This document shows positions 16,550-26,172 of a stretch of 32,000 nucleotides of DNA, in pieces. This DNA is from Clostridium sporogenes (GTDB lineage: Bacteria > Bacillota > Clostridia > Clostridiales > Clostridiaceae): contig NZ_CP011663.1 in the NCBI RefSeq assembly GCF_001020205.1, positions 85,209 to 117,208 on the forward strand, in the 5' to 3' direction. Numbering within the stretch: position 1 is the stretch's first letter; every line of letters begins with the position of its first letter. The position numbers were made by a program, and so were the translations under genes. Under the pieces are notes generated by a model. The model saw nothing but the letters and a program-made list of their open reading frames with translations. It did not search any database and was not told the origin of the DNA.

Positions 16550-16684
16550 ATAAACAGAGTTCTTGGCTTCAGAGGGAGTTTTTACTTCCACTAAAGCTTA
16601 GAAATCGTTATCCAGGGACATAGCCGCTCTTTACTCCCACTTTGAAGAAGATGGGAGTATTAGAGCGGGTAGTCATCGGATAAA
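16550..16684 (+). ncRNA. Unclassified structured 5' leader, copy 1 of 2 (132/135 identical to 28120-28254)
   Basis: Direct comparison of the two loci. The block is GC-enriched within AT-rich intergenic DNA and can form two strong hairpins. It ends 25 nt before the DUF445 start codon. Confidence 0.7.
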
Positions 16685-16709
16685 ATATTAAAGTGAGGAG
16701 TTTGAAAAA

Positions 16710-18215
16710 ATGAAATTTTTAATAGCGTCACTAATAGGTGGAATAATAGGCTATCTTACTAATTGGATAGCTATAAAGATGTTATTTAGACCCTATGAAG
16801 AAAAAAGAATATTTGGTATAAAGGTTCCATTTACACCAGGACTTATTCCAAAAGAAAAAACTAGAATAGCAAAAAGTGTAGGTAATGCTATAGGAGAGCA
16901 TTTATTATCCAGTGAAATTATTGTAAAGTCTTTATGTAGTGAAAATATGAATAACAGACTTAAAATTTGGATAAGACAAAAGGTATATTCTTTAATCACA
17001 ACAAAAAAAACTTTGGAGGATAAATTTAAAGAGTTTTTAGATTATAAATATGAGTATTTTATAACTGCTTTAAAAAAAAGTTTAAGTAAGTTAACTATTA
17101 ACAATTTAAAAAATGAAAAAAATAGAGACAAAATGAAAGAAATTATAAAAATTAAGTTAGATAAGATATTATCTCTTAATGGTAACCATATTACTAATAA
17201 TCACATATATAAACAAATAAAAGCAAGTTTAATAAATAATACAAATGAGTATTTAAAGTCGGATAATTTTAAACATGTTTTAAAAAGCTTAATCATAGAA
17301 AATATAAAGGATGAGGAAGTTTTAAATAAAAGAATAGGTGATATAATTCCTAGTAATTTTAGTTCAAATATAAAAGTATATGTTTATAGAAAGAAAGATA
17401 ATTTATCAAATTACATAAATGAAATGCTTAAAGAAGAAGAAAATATAAATAAGTTAAAAAATACATTAAAAGAAGTTATAAATAATAATGTAAATTCTTT
17501 TATGTCAATGTTTATAGACCTAAATGCTATATCAGATAAAACAATTGTATTTTTAGAAGAATACTTACAAAGGGAAGAAACTAAAGAAGAAATAGTATCT
17601 TTAGTAAATAAAAGTATAGATAAAATCTTAGATACAGATTTACAGGATATTATAGAAAATATACCAGAAAATAATAAGAATGTAATTGTAGATGAAACAG
17701 TAGATATATTATGCGAAAAATTCCAAAATACTGAGATGATTTTAGATATAATAGAAAAAATAGAAAGTCATATCCAGGGAAAAAGTTCTTTAAATGATAT
17801 AATACAAAAAATAAACATAGATCCATATAAATTTATAAATAATATTATAGATAAATTTATAGATAGTGAAAATTTTGAAGTTATAATTAATAATTTGATA
17901 AGTGATATAATTGAAAACTTTATGAAAACACCTATATACGAATTAACTCAAGGAAATGAAGAAGGAATATTAAATACTAGTTACCAAATGGTGAAAAATG
18001 TATATAATAGGTTCATAGAAAACCAAGCAGAAGAGGTTATATCAATCCTTGATATAGCTACTATTGTAGAAGATAGAATAAATGAGTTTGATGTTTATTT
18101 GGCTGAAGAAATAATATTGGAAATATCCAGCAAAGAATTAAAAGCAATAACTTGGCTGGGAGGATTATTAGGTGCTTTAATAGGAATTTTATCGCCTATA
18201 TTAAGTAAAATATGA
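16710..18215 (+). CDS. DUF445-family membrane protein
   Basis: 501 aa. It has the N-terminal signature GGIIGYLTNWIAIKMLFRPY and a C-terminal TM segment (WLGGLLGALIGILSPIL), with a long N/K/E/I-rich helical middle. Confidence 0.8.
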   Translation: MKFLIASLIGGIIGYLTNWIAIKMLFRPYEEKRIFGIKVPFTPGLIPKEKTRIAKSVGNAIGEHLLSSEIIVKSLCSENMNNRLKIWIRQKVYSLITTKKTLEDKFKEFLDYKYEYFITALKKSLSKLTINNLKNEKNRDKMKEIIKIKLDKILSLNGNHITNNHIYKQIKASLINNTNEYLKSDNFKHVLKSLIIENIKDEEVLNKRIGDIIPSNFSSNIKVYVYRKKDNLSNYINEMLKEEENINKLKNTLKEVINNNVNSFMSMFIDLNAISDKTIVFLEEYLQREETKEEIVSLVNKSIDKILDTDLQDIIENIPENNKNVIVDETVDILCEKFQNTEMILDIIEKIESHIQGKSSLNDIIQKINIDPYKFINNIIDKFIDSENFEVIINNLISDIIENFMKTPIYELTQGNEEGILNTSYQMVKNVYNRFIENQAEEVISILDIATIVEDRINEFDVYLAEEIILEISSKELKAITWLGGLLGALIGILSPILSKI

Positions 18216-18255
18216 TTAATTTTCCAGTCAATTTTAATTTCTAAAAATAATCGCT

Positions 18256-18284
18256 TTGACTAATTTAAAAATTTTAATTATAAT
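18256..18284 (+). promoter_or_regulatory. Near-consensus sigma-A promoter (TTGACT-17-TATAAT) for tatD
   Basis: TTGACT at 18256-18261 and TATAAT at 18279-18284. Confidence 0.6.
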
Positions 18285-18365
18285 ATATAGAAAATGAAAA
18301 ATTATTAAGAATATATTAATAAAGTTTAAAGAAAAAATAAAATATTGGGATTTGGAGGCAATTCT

Positions 18366-19160
18366 ATGAAAAAATATAGAATATTTGATGCTCATGCCCA
18401 TTATGATGATGAAGCTTTTGATGAAGATAGAAGTAAAGTTATAAAAGAACTTGAAGAATTCGGCATATTAGGAGTATTAAATTGTGGTTCTTCTTTAGAT
18501 ACTTCTAAAACATCAGTAGAATTGAGCAATAAATATAATTTCTTTTATGCAGCAGTAGGAGTGCATCCAGAAAATGCAGAAGAAATTAATGAAAAAACTT
18601 TAAAGGAAATAGAAAGACTATCAGAAAATGAAAAAGTAAAAGCTATAGGAGAAATAGGACTAGATTATTATTATGAAGAAAATCCTAAGCGGGATATTCA
18701 AATAAAAGCTTTTAAAAAGCAAATGGAATTAGCAGAAAAATTAAACTTACCTGTAGTGATACATGATAGAGATGCACATAAGGATACATTAGATATTATA
18801 AAACAATTTCCTAATGTAAAAGGAGAAGTTCATTGTTTTTCAGGTAGTGTAGAGTTTGCTAAGCAATGTGTAGATTTAGGATATTATATAGGGGTTACAG
18901 GAGTGGTCACTTTTAAAAATGCTAAAAAAATAGTAGAAGTTATAAAAAATGTTCCATTGGATAGAATCTTAGTTGAAACTGATTGCCCATATATGGCTCC
19001 TACTCCTTTAAGAGGTAAAAGAAACAGATCTGAGTATATAAAATATATGATAGATAAAATATCAGAAATAAAAGAAATAAGTTCTGAAGAAGTAACTTCA
19101 CAAATATTAATTAATATAAAAGATTTATTTAGTATAGATGTTATAAAAAATAAAGATTAA
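18366..19160 (+). CDS. tatD: TatD-family metal-dependent DNase/hydrolase
   Basis: Contains FDAHAHY, GVHP, IGEIGLDYYY, VIHDRDAH and VETDCPYM motifs. The start is moved to ATG 18366, which follows GGAGG. Confidence 0.9.
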   Translation: MKKYRIFDAHAHYDDEAFDEDRSKVIKELEEFGILGVLNCGSSLDTSKTSVELSNKYNFFYAAVGVHPENAEEINEKTLKEIERLSENEKVKAIGEIGLDYYYEENPKRDIQIKAFKKQMELAEKLNLPVVIHDRDAHKDTLDIIKQFPNVKGEVHCFSGSVEFAKQCVDLGYYIGVTGVVTFKNAKKIVEVIKNVPLDRILVETDCPYMAPTPLRGKRNRSEYIKYMIDKISEIKEISSEEVTSQILINIKDLFSIDVIKNKD

Positions 19161-19326
19161 AAATATGAGAAATATTAATAATAATTTTGAATTTCTCATA
19201 TATTTTAAATAAATTTATTTTGAAATATTCCACCGATACCCTTTATTTAAAAAGCAATTATATAATAATTTTTATATAGATAATATGCACAAAGGTTGCA
19301 TTACTAACCAAAAAGCATGAGCAAAT

Positions 19327-19355
19327 TTGACAGATTTAAATATACCGAATATAAT
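19327..19355 (+). promoter_or_regulatory. Perfect-consensus sigma-A promoter (TTGACA-17-TATAAT) for the yabE-like gene
   Basis: TTGACA at 19327-19332 and TATAAT at 19350-19355. Confidence 0.65.
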
Positions 19356-19387
19356 AGCAATGTTGCTCTTGCCCGAAGGAGGTTTTT

Positions 19388-20446
19388 ATGGTGGAAAAAT
19401 TAAAGAAGAAAATTAAAGAACATTTTTCCAATGGTCCTAAGGCAATTTTGATTGTTGTAGTAATCTTAATGATAGCGAGCATAATAATTACTAATATGAG
19501 AAAAACAATAATTGTTTCAATAGACGGAAAAGAAAGCCAAAAAATTACAACATTTAAAAAAACATATGCAGAAGCCTTAACGTCGAAAAATATACAAGTA
19601 GGACCAAAGGACAAAGTTCAGCCTAAATTGCAGGCTGAAATTAAAGACGGAAGCAAATTAAGCATAAAGAAAGCAGTTAAAGTTAATCTAGAAGTTGATG
19701 GTAAGAAATTAGCTATTCAATCCGCAGAAAATAACATAGGAAATATGCTAAAAGAAGAGGGGATACAAGTTAAAAAACTTGATAAAGTAGCCCCAAGTAA
19801 AGAAGAAAAAATAAAAAAGGGATTGAAAGTAAAAATTACAAGAGTAGAAGAAAAAGTAATAAAGAGCAAAAAAAATATGGATTATGAAACCGTAGTTAAA
19901 GAAGATGATTCCCTTGAAAAAGGTGACAAAAAAGTCATAAGGGAAGGACAAAGTGGAGAGAAAGAAGTAGCAATAAAAGTAGTTTATGAAGATGGAAAAG
20001 AAAAAGCAAGAAAAGTAGTATCAGAAAGCATAAAAAAACAACCAGTATCTAAGGTAGTAGCAATGGGAACTAAGGTTACAACTGTTAACACTCTTTCTAG
20101 AGGAGGAAGTGTTACTGGTACACCAAATGGTAGATCATTAAGAATGAGAGCTACAGCATATACATCAAGTTATGAAGATACAGGTAAGAGTCCTGGAAGT
20201 CCTGGTTTTGGAGTTACAGCTACAGGAACTACAGCAAGAAGAAATGCAGGAGGATATAGCTCAATAGCAGTAGATCCAAGGGTAATACCATTAGGAACAA
20301 AACTGTTTATTGAAGGTTATGGATATGCTATAGCAGAAGATACTGGGGGAGCAATAAAAGGAAATGTAATTGATCTATATTTTGATTCCAATGTTGAAGT
20401 ATCAAATTGGGGTTCAAGGTGGGTAAATGTTTATATTCTAGATTAA
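19388..20446 (+). CDS. yabE: YabE-like cell-wall protein (TM anchor, DUF348 repeats, G5 domain, C-terminal 3D/RlpA-like domain)
   Basis: The architecture can be read from the sequence: an N-terminal TM segment, a G5-like region (REGQSGEKEV) and a C-terminal 3D-domain motif (ATAYT...GVTATG......IAVDP.VIPLGT.L.IEGYG.A.AEDTGGAIKGN.IDLYF). It is syntenic with B. subtilis yabE. Confidence 0.85.
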   Translation: MVEKLKKKIKEHFSNGPKAILIVVVILMIASIIITNMRKTIIVSIDGKESQKITTFKKTYAEALTSKNIQVGPKDKVQPKLQAEIKDGSKLSIKKAVKVNLEVDGKKLAIQSAENNIGNMLKEEGIQVKKLDKVAPSKEEKIKKGLKVKITRVEEKVIKSKKNMDYETVVKEDDSLEKGDKKVIREGQSGEKEVAIKVVYEDGKEKARKVVSESIKKQPVSKVVAMGTKVTTVNTLSRGGSVTGTPNGRSLRMRATAYTSSYEDTGKSPGSPGFGVTATGTTARRNAGGYSSIAVDPRVIPLGTKLFIEGYGYAIAEDTGGAIKGNVIDLYFDSNVEVSNWGSRWVNVYILD

Positions 20447-20452
20447 TTTAAG

Positions 20453-20477
20453 TAGGAGCGTTAGCTCCTATTTTTTT
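20453..20477 (+). terminator. yabE terminator
   Basis: TAGGAGC / GCTCCTA hairpin followed by TTTTTTT. Confidence 0.85.
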
Positions 20478-20518
20478 CTATTAAAAATATTATATAATAG
20501 TTATATTGGAGGGATATT

Positions 20519-21064
20519 ATGATTAAGGAAGTTATAGTTGTAGAAGGTAGAGATGATATTACAGCAGTAAAAAGAGCAGTAGATGCAGAGATGATAGCAG
20601 TGGGTGGATTTGGAATAAATTCTAAGGTTATAAAAAAAATAAGAGAAGCTCAGAAAAGGCAAGGGGTAATAGTATTAACAGATCCTGATTATGCAGGGGA
20701 AAAGATAAGAAAATACATATGTGATAGAGTTAAGGGAGTAAAACATGCTTATATATCACAGGAAGAAGGAACTAAGGAAGATGATATAGGAGTAGAAAAT
20801 GCAGCTCCAGAAGCTATAATAAGAGCATTAAATTTAGCTAAATGTGAAGTTAAGCAGGAGAGAAAAGAATTTGATATGAATGATATGATATTTTTTAAAT
20901 TAACAGCAAATGAAGAGTCAAAAGCAAGAAGAGAAAAACTAGGGATAGCTTTAGGAATAGGATACTGCAATACTAATCAGTTTATAAAAAGGCTTAACAA
21001 TTTTGGTATAACAAAAGAAGAATTTATAAAGGCTATAAGAGATTTAGATAAGGGGAATGAATAA
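20519..21064 (+). CDS. rnmV: Ribonuclease M5 (Toprim domain, 5S rRNA maturase)
   Basis: Contains VVEGRDD.....AV.A......G and LTDPD.AGE.IR. It is syntenic with, and overlaps by 8 nt, the rsmA gene. Confidence 0.92.
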   Translation: MIKEVIVVEGRDDITAVKRAVDAEMIAVGGFGINSKVIKKIREAQKRQGVIVLTDPDYAGEKIRKYICDRVKGVKHAYISQEEGTKEDDIGVENAAPEAIIRALNLAKCEVKQERKEFDMNDMIFFKLTANEESKARREKLGIALGIGYCNTNQFIKRLNNFGITKEEFIKAIRDLDKGNE

Positions 21065-21893
21065 TATGAATACAAAGGAAATAGTTGAAAAATATCAATT
21101 TAAGTTTAATAAAAATTTAGGACAAAATTTTTTAGTAGATGAATCGGTATTGGAAGATATAGTAGAGGGAGCTGAAATAAGCAAAGAAGATACTGTTATA
21201 GAAATAGGCCCTGGAGTTGGAACTTTAACTAAAGAGCTTTTAGAAAAGGCAAAAGAAGTTTACTCTATAGAATTAGATGGTGATTTAATACCTATTTTGC
21301 AAGAAGAGTTAAAGGAGTATAATAATTTTACCCTAATACATAAAGATGCATTAAAAATTGATTTTAATGGGTTAATGGAAAATAAGGATTCCATAAAATT
21401 AGTAGCTAATTTACCTTATTATGTAACCACACCTATTATATCAAGATTACTTACAGAGAAATGTGATTTTAAGTCTCTAACTATAATGATTCAAAAGGAA
21501 GTAGCTGAAAGAATAAATGCTGAACCTAACTGTAAGGAGTATGGTTCATTAACTGTTTTAGTACAATATTATTGCAATACAAAAATAATAAGAAAAGTAT
21601 CTCCAAATTGTTTTATACCAAGACCTAAAGTGGATTCTATAGTTATAAAATTAGATAAACTTTCACAACCAAGAGTAAAGGTGAAAAACGAAAAATTATT
21701 TTTTAATGTAGTAAGAAGTTCATTTAATATGAGAAGAAAGACTTTATGGAATTCATTAAAAAGTTTAAATATAGATAAAGAAAATATGGAGAATGCTTTT
21801 GAAAGAGCGGAGATAGATTCAAAGCGAAGGGGAGAGACTTTATCTATAGAGGAATTTGGAAAACTTTCAGATTGTATATATGATATATTATAA
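21057..21893 (+). CDS. rsmA: 16S rRNA (adenine1518/1519-N6)-dimethyltransferase
   Basis: Contains K.LGQNFL.D, EIGPG.G.LT and NLPY motifs. Confidence 0.95.
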   Translation: MNNMNTKEIVEKYQFKFNKNLGQNFLVDESVLEDIVEGAEISKEDTVIEIGPGVGTLTKELLEKAKEVYSIELDGDLIPILQEELKEYNNFTLIHKDALKIDFNGLMENKDSIKLVANLPYYVTTPIISRLLTEKCDFKSLTIMIQKEVAERINAEPNCKEYGSLTVLVQYYCNTKIIRKVSPNCFIPRPKVDSIVIKLDKLSQPRVKVKNEKLFFNVVRSSFNMRRKTLWNSLKSLNIDKENMENAFERAEIDSKRRGETLSIEEFGKLSDCIYDIL

Positions 21894-21971
21894 TTTAAAT
21901 AATTAAGTTCACTTTTTGTAAGATAACTCATATATTATATTGAATAATTATATTTGGGGGTACAATAAAAA

Positions 21972-23183
21972 GTGGCACAAAAAAAGAATTATAGTAGATA
22001 CTTTATAATATTAGAGGAAGATGAAAAAGGATACTCTTTAGGTGTTGATAAATCCGCATCAGGATATGTAAAATTAGAAAATAAAAATGGCAAGTGCAAA
22101 ATATCTTATTATGTTCAAAATATAAAAAAACAATCTTCACCTTACTACATGGTTTTAATATGCAATAAAAAAGGAAGCAAAGATATAATAAAAATAGGGG
22201 AAATGAACATAGATGAATATGGAAGAGCAGACATATGTTATGAATATCCAGTAGACAACATAGGAAATTGTGGAATAAATGCAGATAAAATATCAGGAGC
22301 AGCAATAGTAAAATTTTTAGATTCAAATATAATATCTGTTATGAGCGGATTCTCAACAACGGACATACCAGCATGGAAGTCATTTAGTATTATAGAAAGT
22401 AAGGAGAGAAAAAAGGAAGATATAAAAGAAGAAAAGACTAATAAAACAATATTTGATAAATATGAGGAAACCATAGAAGAAATAAAAATTAAAGATAGTA
22501 ATAATACCAATAAGGATGGAGATAATAAAGTAAAATCAGTACAGGAACATAAAGAAAAAGGTAAAGATATAAAAGAATCTAATGAAAAAGATTTAGATAG
22601 TGAAGACAGAGAAAAAGGTAGAGATATAAAAAAATCTAATGAAAAAGATTTGGGTAGTGAAGACAGAAAAAAAGGTAAAGATATAAAAGAATCTGATGAG
22701 AAGGATTTAGGAAAAACAAAGAAGCCTATAGAAAAAAATGAATATAAAAAAAGAAATAAGCAAAATACTCCTATTGGATTAGAGGGTAAATATTTCAGAT
22801 CTTTAGTAGAGGGCTTAGATAGTGTAGATAATATAACTGATGAAATAAAGAATTGTATTTGGTATAAAATAGATGCTAAAGATGAAGATGATATGAGAAA
22901 TACCTGTAATTATGATAAATTTATGGTTTTATATAATCCTATGTTAGGATATTATTCTTATATAAAAAAACATGGACATTATATTTTAGGTTATAAGTGC
23001 GATAGTTCAGGTAATATGAAATATTTAGTATATGGAATTCCTGGAGATAAGACTAGAGAAGACCAACCATTTAAAGGTAAATCAGGATTTGTGACTTGGA
23101 TTGAAAACAAAGAAAATAATTTAGGATATTGGCTAATGTTTTATGACTATAAAACTAATAATATATTAATACCGGTTAAATAG
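21972..23183 (+). CDS. Hypothetical protein with conserved-looking N- and C-terminal domains and a K/E/D-rich tandem-repeat linker
   Basis: 403-aa ORF with a GTG start 11 nt after TGGGGGT. I recognise no family. It occupies the slot downstream of rsmA where B. subtilis has yabG, but shows no resemblance to YabG. Confidence 0.7.
   Translation: MAQKKNYSRYFIILEEDEKGYSLGVDKSASGYVKLENKNGKCKISYYVQNIKKQSSPYYMVLICNKKGSKDIIKIGEMNIDEYGRADICYEYPVDNIGNCGINADKISGAAIVKFLDSNIISVMSGFSTTDIPAWKSFSIIESKERKKEDIKEEKTNKTIFDKYEETIEEIKIKDSNNTNKDGDNKVKSVQEHKEKGKDIKESNEKDLDSEDREKGRDIKKSNEKDLGSEDRKKGKDIKESDEKDLGKTKKPIEKNEYKKRNKQNTPIGLEGKYFRSLVEGLDSVDNITDEIKNCIWYKIDAKDEDDMRNTCNYDKFMVLYNPMLGYYSYIKKHGHYILGYKCDSSGNMKYLVYGIPGDKTREDQPFKGKSGFVTWIENKENNLGYWLMFYDYKTNNILIPVK
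22554..22711 (+). repeat. In-frame 57-bp tandem repeat, about 2.8 copies (19-aa unit EKGKDIKESNEKDLDSEDR)
   Basis: The copies start at 22554, 22611 and 22668 and differ by a few substitutions. Confidence 0.85.
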
Positions 23184-23205
23184 AGGCATGTTAATACATG
23201 TCTCT
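23182..23205 (+). terminator. Hairpin after the 403-aa gene
   Basis: AGAGGCATGT / ACATGTCTCT (one G-T pair) with a TAAT loop; the T-tract is weak. Confidence 0.45.
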
Positions 23206-23335
23206 GTTCTTATTTATGTTATTTTTTATAATATATTAATATTTTAAGAAGTAATAATAAAATCATTTTTAAAGCATATATATGATATATAAGTAGCCAT
23301 ATGGAGGTGAAGAGTCACTTAATTATATAATATAA

Positions 23336-23932
23336 GTGATTTATATGAAGGTATTAATTATAAATAAAAAAAGATTTGGTGTAACAATGATAATAATTGG
23401 ATTAATGCTAATACTTTTTGGGTTAGAAAAGAACTTCGATAATAGACTAAAAATAGCAGCTTTAATTCATAACAATGTATCTTCTTTTAAAGAGTATAAT
23501 ATATTAAATGGGAAGATTTCATATAAACTCCCTTCTAACTGGGAAATAAATGAAGAGATTATTAATGGAGAAGATATAGTTTATAGTAATTCTTTTACGG
23601 ATAAAAAAAATAATATGCAGGGATTTATACAACTATGGAATTATAAAGGTGATTTAAAAACATTCATTAAACATAGCAAAGAAGTATCAGAGAAACAACA
23701 AATAGATTATACAAAATATAGTCTTGTACCTATAGACATTAATAATATAAAAGGATATTTAGCTCAATATTCTATATTAAAAGAAAATGAAGAATATGTA
23801 GCTTATGAATATTTTTTAAAATTGGAAGAAAGATTTATTAGAGTTTCATTTTTTGTACCAGAAAAATATCATCAAGAGAGTATAGAAACTGTATTTAATA
23901 CTATATTAAAAAACATTGTTTACAAACATTAA
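23336..23932 (+). CDS. Hypothetical membrane-anchored protein
   Basis: 198-aa ORF with one N-terminal TM segment (VTMIIIGLMLILFGL). The start codon is uncertain (23336, 23345 or 23387), and none has a good RBS. Confidence 0.55.
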   Translation: MIYMKVLIINKKRFGVTMIIIGLMLILFGLEKNFDNRLKIAALIHNNVSSFKEYNILNGKISYKLPSNWEINEEIINGEDIVYSNSFTDKKNNMQGFIQLWNYKGDLKTFIKHSKEVSEKQQIDYTKYSLVPIDINNIKGYLAQYSILKENEEYVAYEYFLKLEERFIRVSFFVPEKYHQESIETVFNTILKNIVYKH

Positions 23933-23955
23933 AAACTAATTATATTAAAGTCTAT

Positions 23956-24012
23956 ATGCTCCCCTTAAGGTAAACAGATTAAAAATCTGTTATCGCCAAG
24001 AGGAGCATTTTT
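23956..24012 (+). terminator. Compound hairpin terminator
   Basis: ATGCTCC (23956-23962) pairs with GGAGCAT (24002-24008), with inner pairing AACAGAT / ATCTGTT, followed by TTTTT. Confidence 0.7.
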
Positions 24013-24099
24013 GTGCGTATAAGAACTAAATACACATCAGAAGAAAAGTATGTTATAATGTTGTTATATTTTAATAAAGTTGTATGGAGGTATAATTAA

Positions 24100-24933
24100 T
24101 TGCTCTATAATAAGAAAAAATTTATTTTATTATTTGTAATTTTTATTTTATCTTTTTCTGTTACAGGATGTAATAGTATAGATAAAATGAAGTTAAAATT
24201 AGGTCTTAAAAATAATGATTTTGAATATATAAAAGAAAATAAGGTTCAGAAAATAATAATACAAAATACTAGAGATAAAGGTTTTAGATTTGTAATTACA
24301 GATAAAAAGGCTATAAAAGAATTGTATGATATTTTATCATCAGCTAAGCCAGTAAATACAAAATCTTCTTTAGAGCCAGATTATATATTTGAAATGGATG
24401 AGGCAGGGAATAAAGCTTATAAGTTTAATTACATAGCTGGATTAGATAAAAAGGAAGCAGGAAACCTATATAGCCAAGATAAAATTTACATAGTATCTAA
24501 AAGAATAGATAATGATATAATAAAAAGTTTTTGGACTATAAGAAAACCTAAAGATTTCAAATATGTATATTACAATTCTATAGTAGAAGTACTAAAAAAG
24601 GAAAATATAAATAAAAATAATAAAAATAAAGTAGGTATAAATATTAAAGATGATGTAGATATTGCTAAATTCGTATTATCTACTGATTTAGAAGAATTTA
24701 AAACTGAATTAAAAAATAATTTTAATAATGTAGAATTTATTAAAGATAATAATGTAAATCATGACATAGAAGTTAATGTGGATACAGAAGGTTACAAATC
24801 TACTATGTATAAAGCAGTAATTAAAATTAGTAATAAGAAGAAAAGAACAGAAAAGAAATATTATATTGTAGATGAGTATAAGAATAACAGATGGAATATA
24901 AATATATATAATGAAAAACCGGAGAATTTTTGA
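24100..24933 (+). CDS. Hypothetical lipoprotein
   Basis: TTG start 9 nt after GGAGG. It has a signal peptide and a lipobox (FSVTGC). An extended -10 (TGtTATAAT) lies at 24051-24059. Confidence 0.75.
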   Translation: MLYNKKKFILLFVIFILSFSVTGCNSIDKMKLKLGLKNNDFEYIKENKVQKIIIQNTRDKGFRFVITDKKAIKELYDILSSAKPVNTKSSLEPDYIFEMDEAGNKAYKFNYIAGLDKKEAGNLYSQDKIYIVSKRIDNDIIKSFWTIRKPKDFKYVYYNSIVEVLKKENINKNNKNKVGINIKDDVDIAKFVLSTDLEEFKTELKNNFNNVEFIKDNNVNHDIEVNVDTEGYKSTMYKAVIKISNKKKRTEKKYYIVDEYKNNRWNINIYNEKPENF

Positions 24934-24950
24934 TAAAAGATTCTTCCCAG

Positions 24951-24975
24951 ACCCCATGCAATGCATGGGGTTTTG
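24951..24975 (+). terminator. Terminator after the lipoprotein gene
   Basis: ACCCCATGCA / TGCATGGGGT palindrome followed by TTTT. Confidence 0.85.
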
Positions 24976-25100
24976 TAAAAATTTAATTAATTCTTGGATT
25001 AATTTTTAAAATTATCTTATTTTTACCTTTTATGTATTTAATAAATAAAGTTTATAAATTATAATTAAATAAATATATAATATTTTTATAGGAGGCAAAT

Positions 25101-26162
25101 ATGAAAAAGAAGACTATAATAATTACCGGGGCAATATTAGTAATTGGCTTGTTTTTAATTTTAGGAGTTTTTAAAAGCAAAAAAAATAGCAACATAAGTG
25201 TAAAGACTATTAAAGTAACTAAAGGAAATGTAGAATCATATTTATCAACAACAGGTGATGTAGTGTCCAAAAATAAAAAAGAATACTTAGGTGGACAAGC
25301 AAAGATTAAGAAAGTTAATGTTAAAGTTGGAGATAAAGTAAAAAAAGGACAATCTTTATTAAACTTTGATATGTCTGAATTAGAAAATGACAGACAAGTG
25401 GCTCAAATGGAATATGACAATGCTATTTCACAAAAAAAGGCATTAAAGTCTCAAAAAAATTCTGAGCAAAATAAAATGAATTCTATAACAAGTAGCCAAA
25501 TTGAACAAGTAGAAAATTCTGTTCGATTAGCTGAATTAAAATTAGAATCTGTTAATGATAAAATAAATGAAAGTGAAGAAACTATTGCTGATATTGATGG
25601 TATAGTAACAGAGGTTAATGCACAGGCAGGCGGAATAAGCGCAGGACAAGGACAACCTCTGGTAGTAGTTGAAAATGTAGATGACTTAAAAGTAGCCGTA
25701 TCTTTAGGTAAATATGATTCTACAAAGGTTAAAAAAGGAATGAAAGTATTTGTTAAAAATGATGACAAAAAGTATGAAGCAAAAGTAGATTTTATAGCCC
25801 CTACAGCGAAAAAGACTATTAAGGAAGCAGGGGGCGGAAATGATACTACATTAGATTGCGAAATATATCTTTCTAAAAATAATTCTAAGGACTTAAGAGT
25901 TGGGTTTGATGTAGATGTAGATATACTATTAGGAGAATCAAAAAATGTATTAAAAATACCATTAGAAAGTATAAAAACAGATAAATATAATAAATCACAT
26001 GTATATGTTGTACAAGAAGGAAAAGTTAAAGAAAAACCAGTACAATTAGGAATACAGTCAGATATGGAAGCTGAAATTATAAGTGGATTAAAATCAGGAG
26101 AAAAGGTTATATTAAATCCTAATGCTTCAATTAAAACAGGTGTTAGTGTAGAAGAAAAGTAG
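25101..26162 (+). CDS. Efflux-pump periplasmic adaptor (HlyD/MacA-type membrane fusion protein)
   Basis: It has an N-terminal TM segment, a lipoyl-like motif (G.V..V.VKVGD.VKKGQ.L), a coiled coil and a beta-barrel C-terminus. It is the first gene of a 3-gene ABC exporter. Confidence 0.88.
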   Translation: MKKKTIIITGAILVIGLFLILGVFKSKKNSNISVKTIKVTKGNVESYLSTTGDVVSKNKKEYLGGQAKIKKVNVKVGDKVKKGQSLLNFDMSELENDRQVAQMEYDNAISQKKALKSQKNSEQNKMNSITSSQIEQVENSVRLAELKLESVNDKINESEETIADIDGIVTEVNAQAGGISAGQGQPLVVVENVDDLKVAVSLGKYDSTKVKKGMKVFVKNDDKKYEAKVDFIAPTAKKTIKEAGGGNDTTLDCEIYLSKNNSKDLRVGFDVDVDILLGESKNVLKIPLESIKTDKYNKSHVYVVQEGKVKEKPVQLGIQSDMEAEIISGLKSGEKVILNPNASIKTGVSVEEK

Positions 26163-26172
26163 GTGATAAAAA

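Noticed and set aside
16651-16683. 10-codon ORF (MGVLERVVIG) inside both copies of the duplicated leader. Its stop codon lies almost exactly where the identity ends.
   Set aside because: There is no spaced Shine-Dalgarno sequence; the purine run GAAGAAG abuts the ATG directly. The ATG is buried in the strongest predicted helix. I keep it only as a remote leader-peptide possibility.
16550-16684. The duplicated 135-nt element as a MITE or other mobile intergenic repeat.
   Set aside because: I see no terminal inverted repeats and no target-site duplication. Both copies have the same orientation and the same position relative to a promoter -10 and a downstream start codon. This cannot be fully excluded without a genome-wide copy count.
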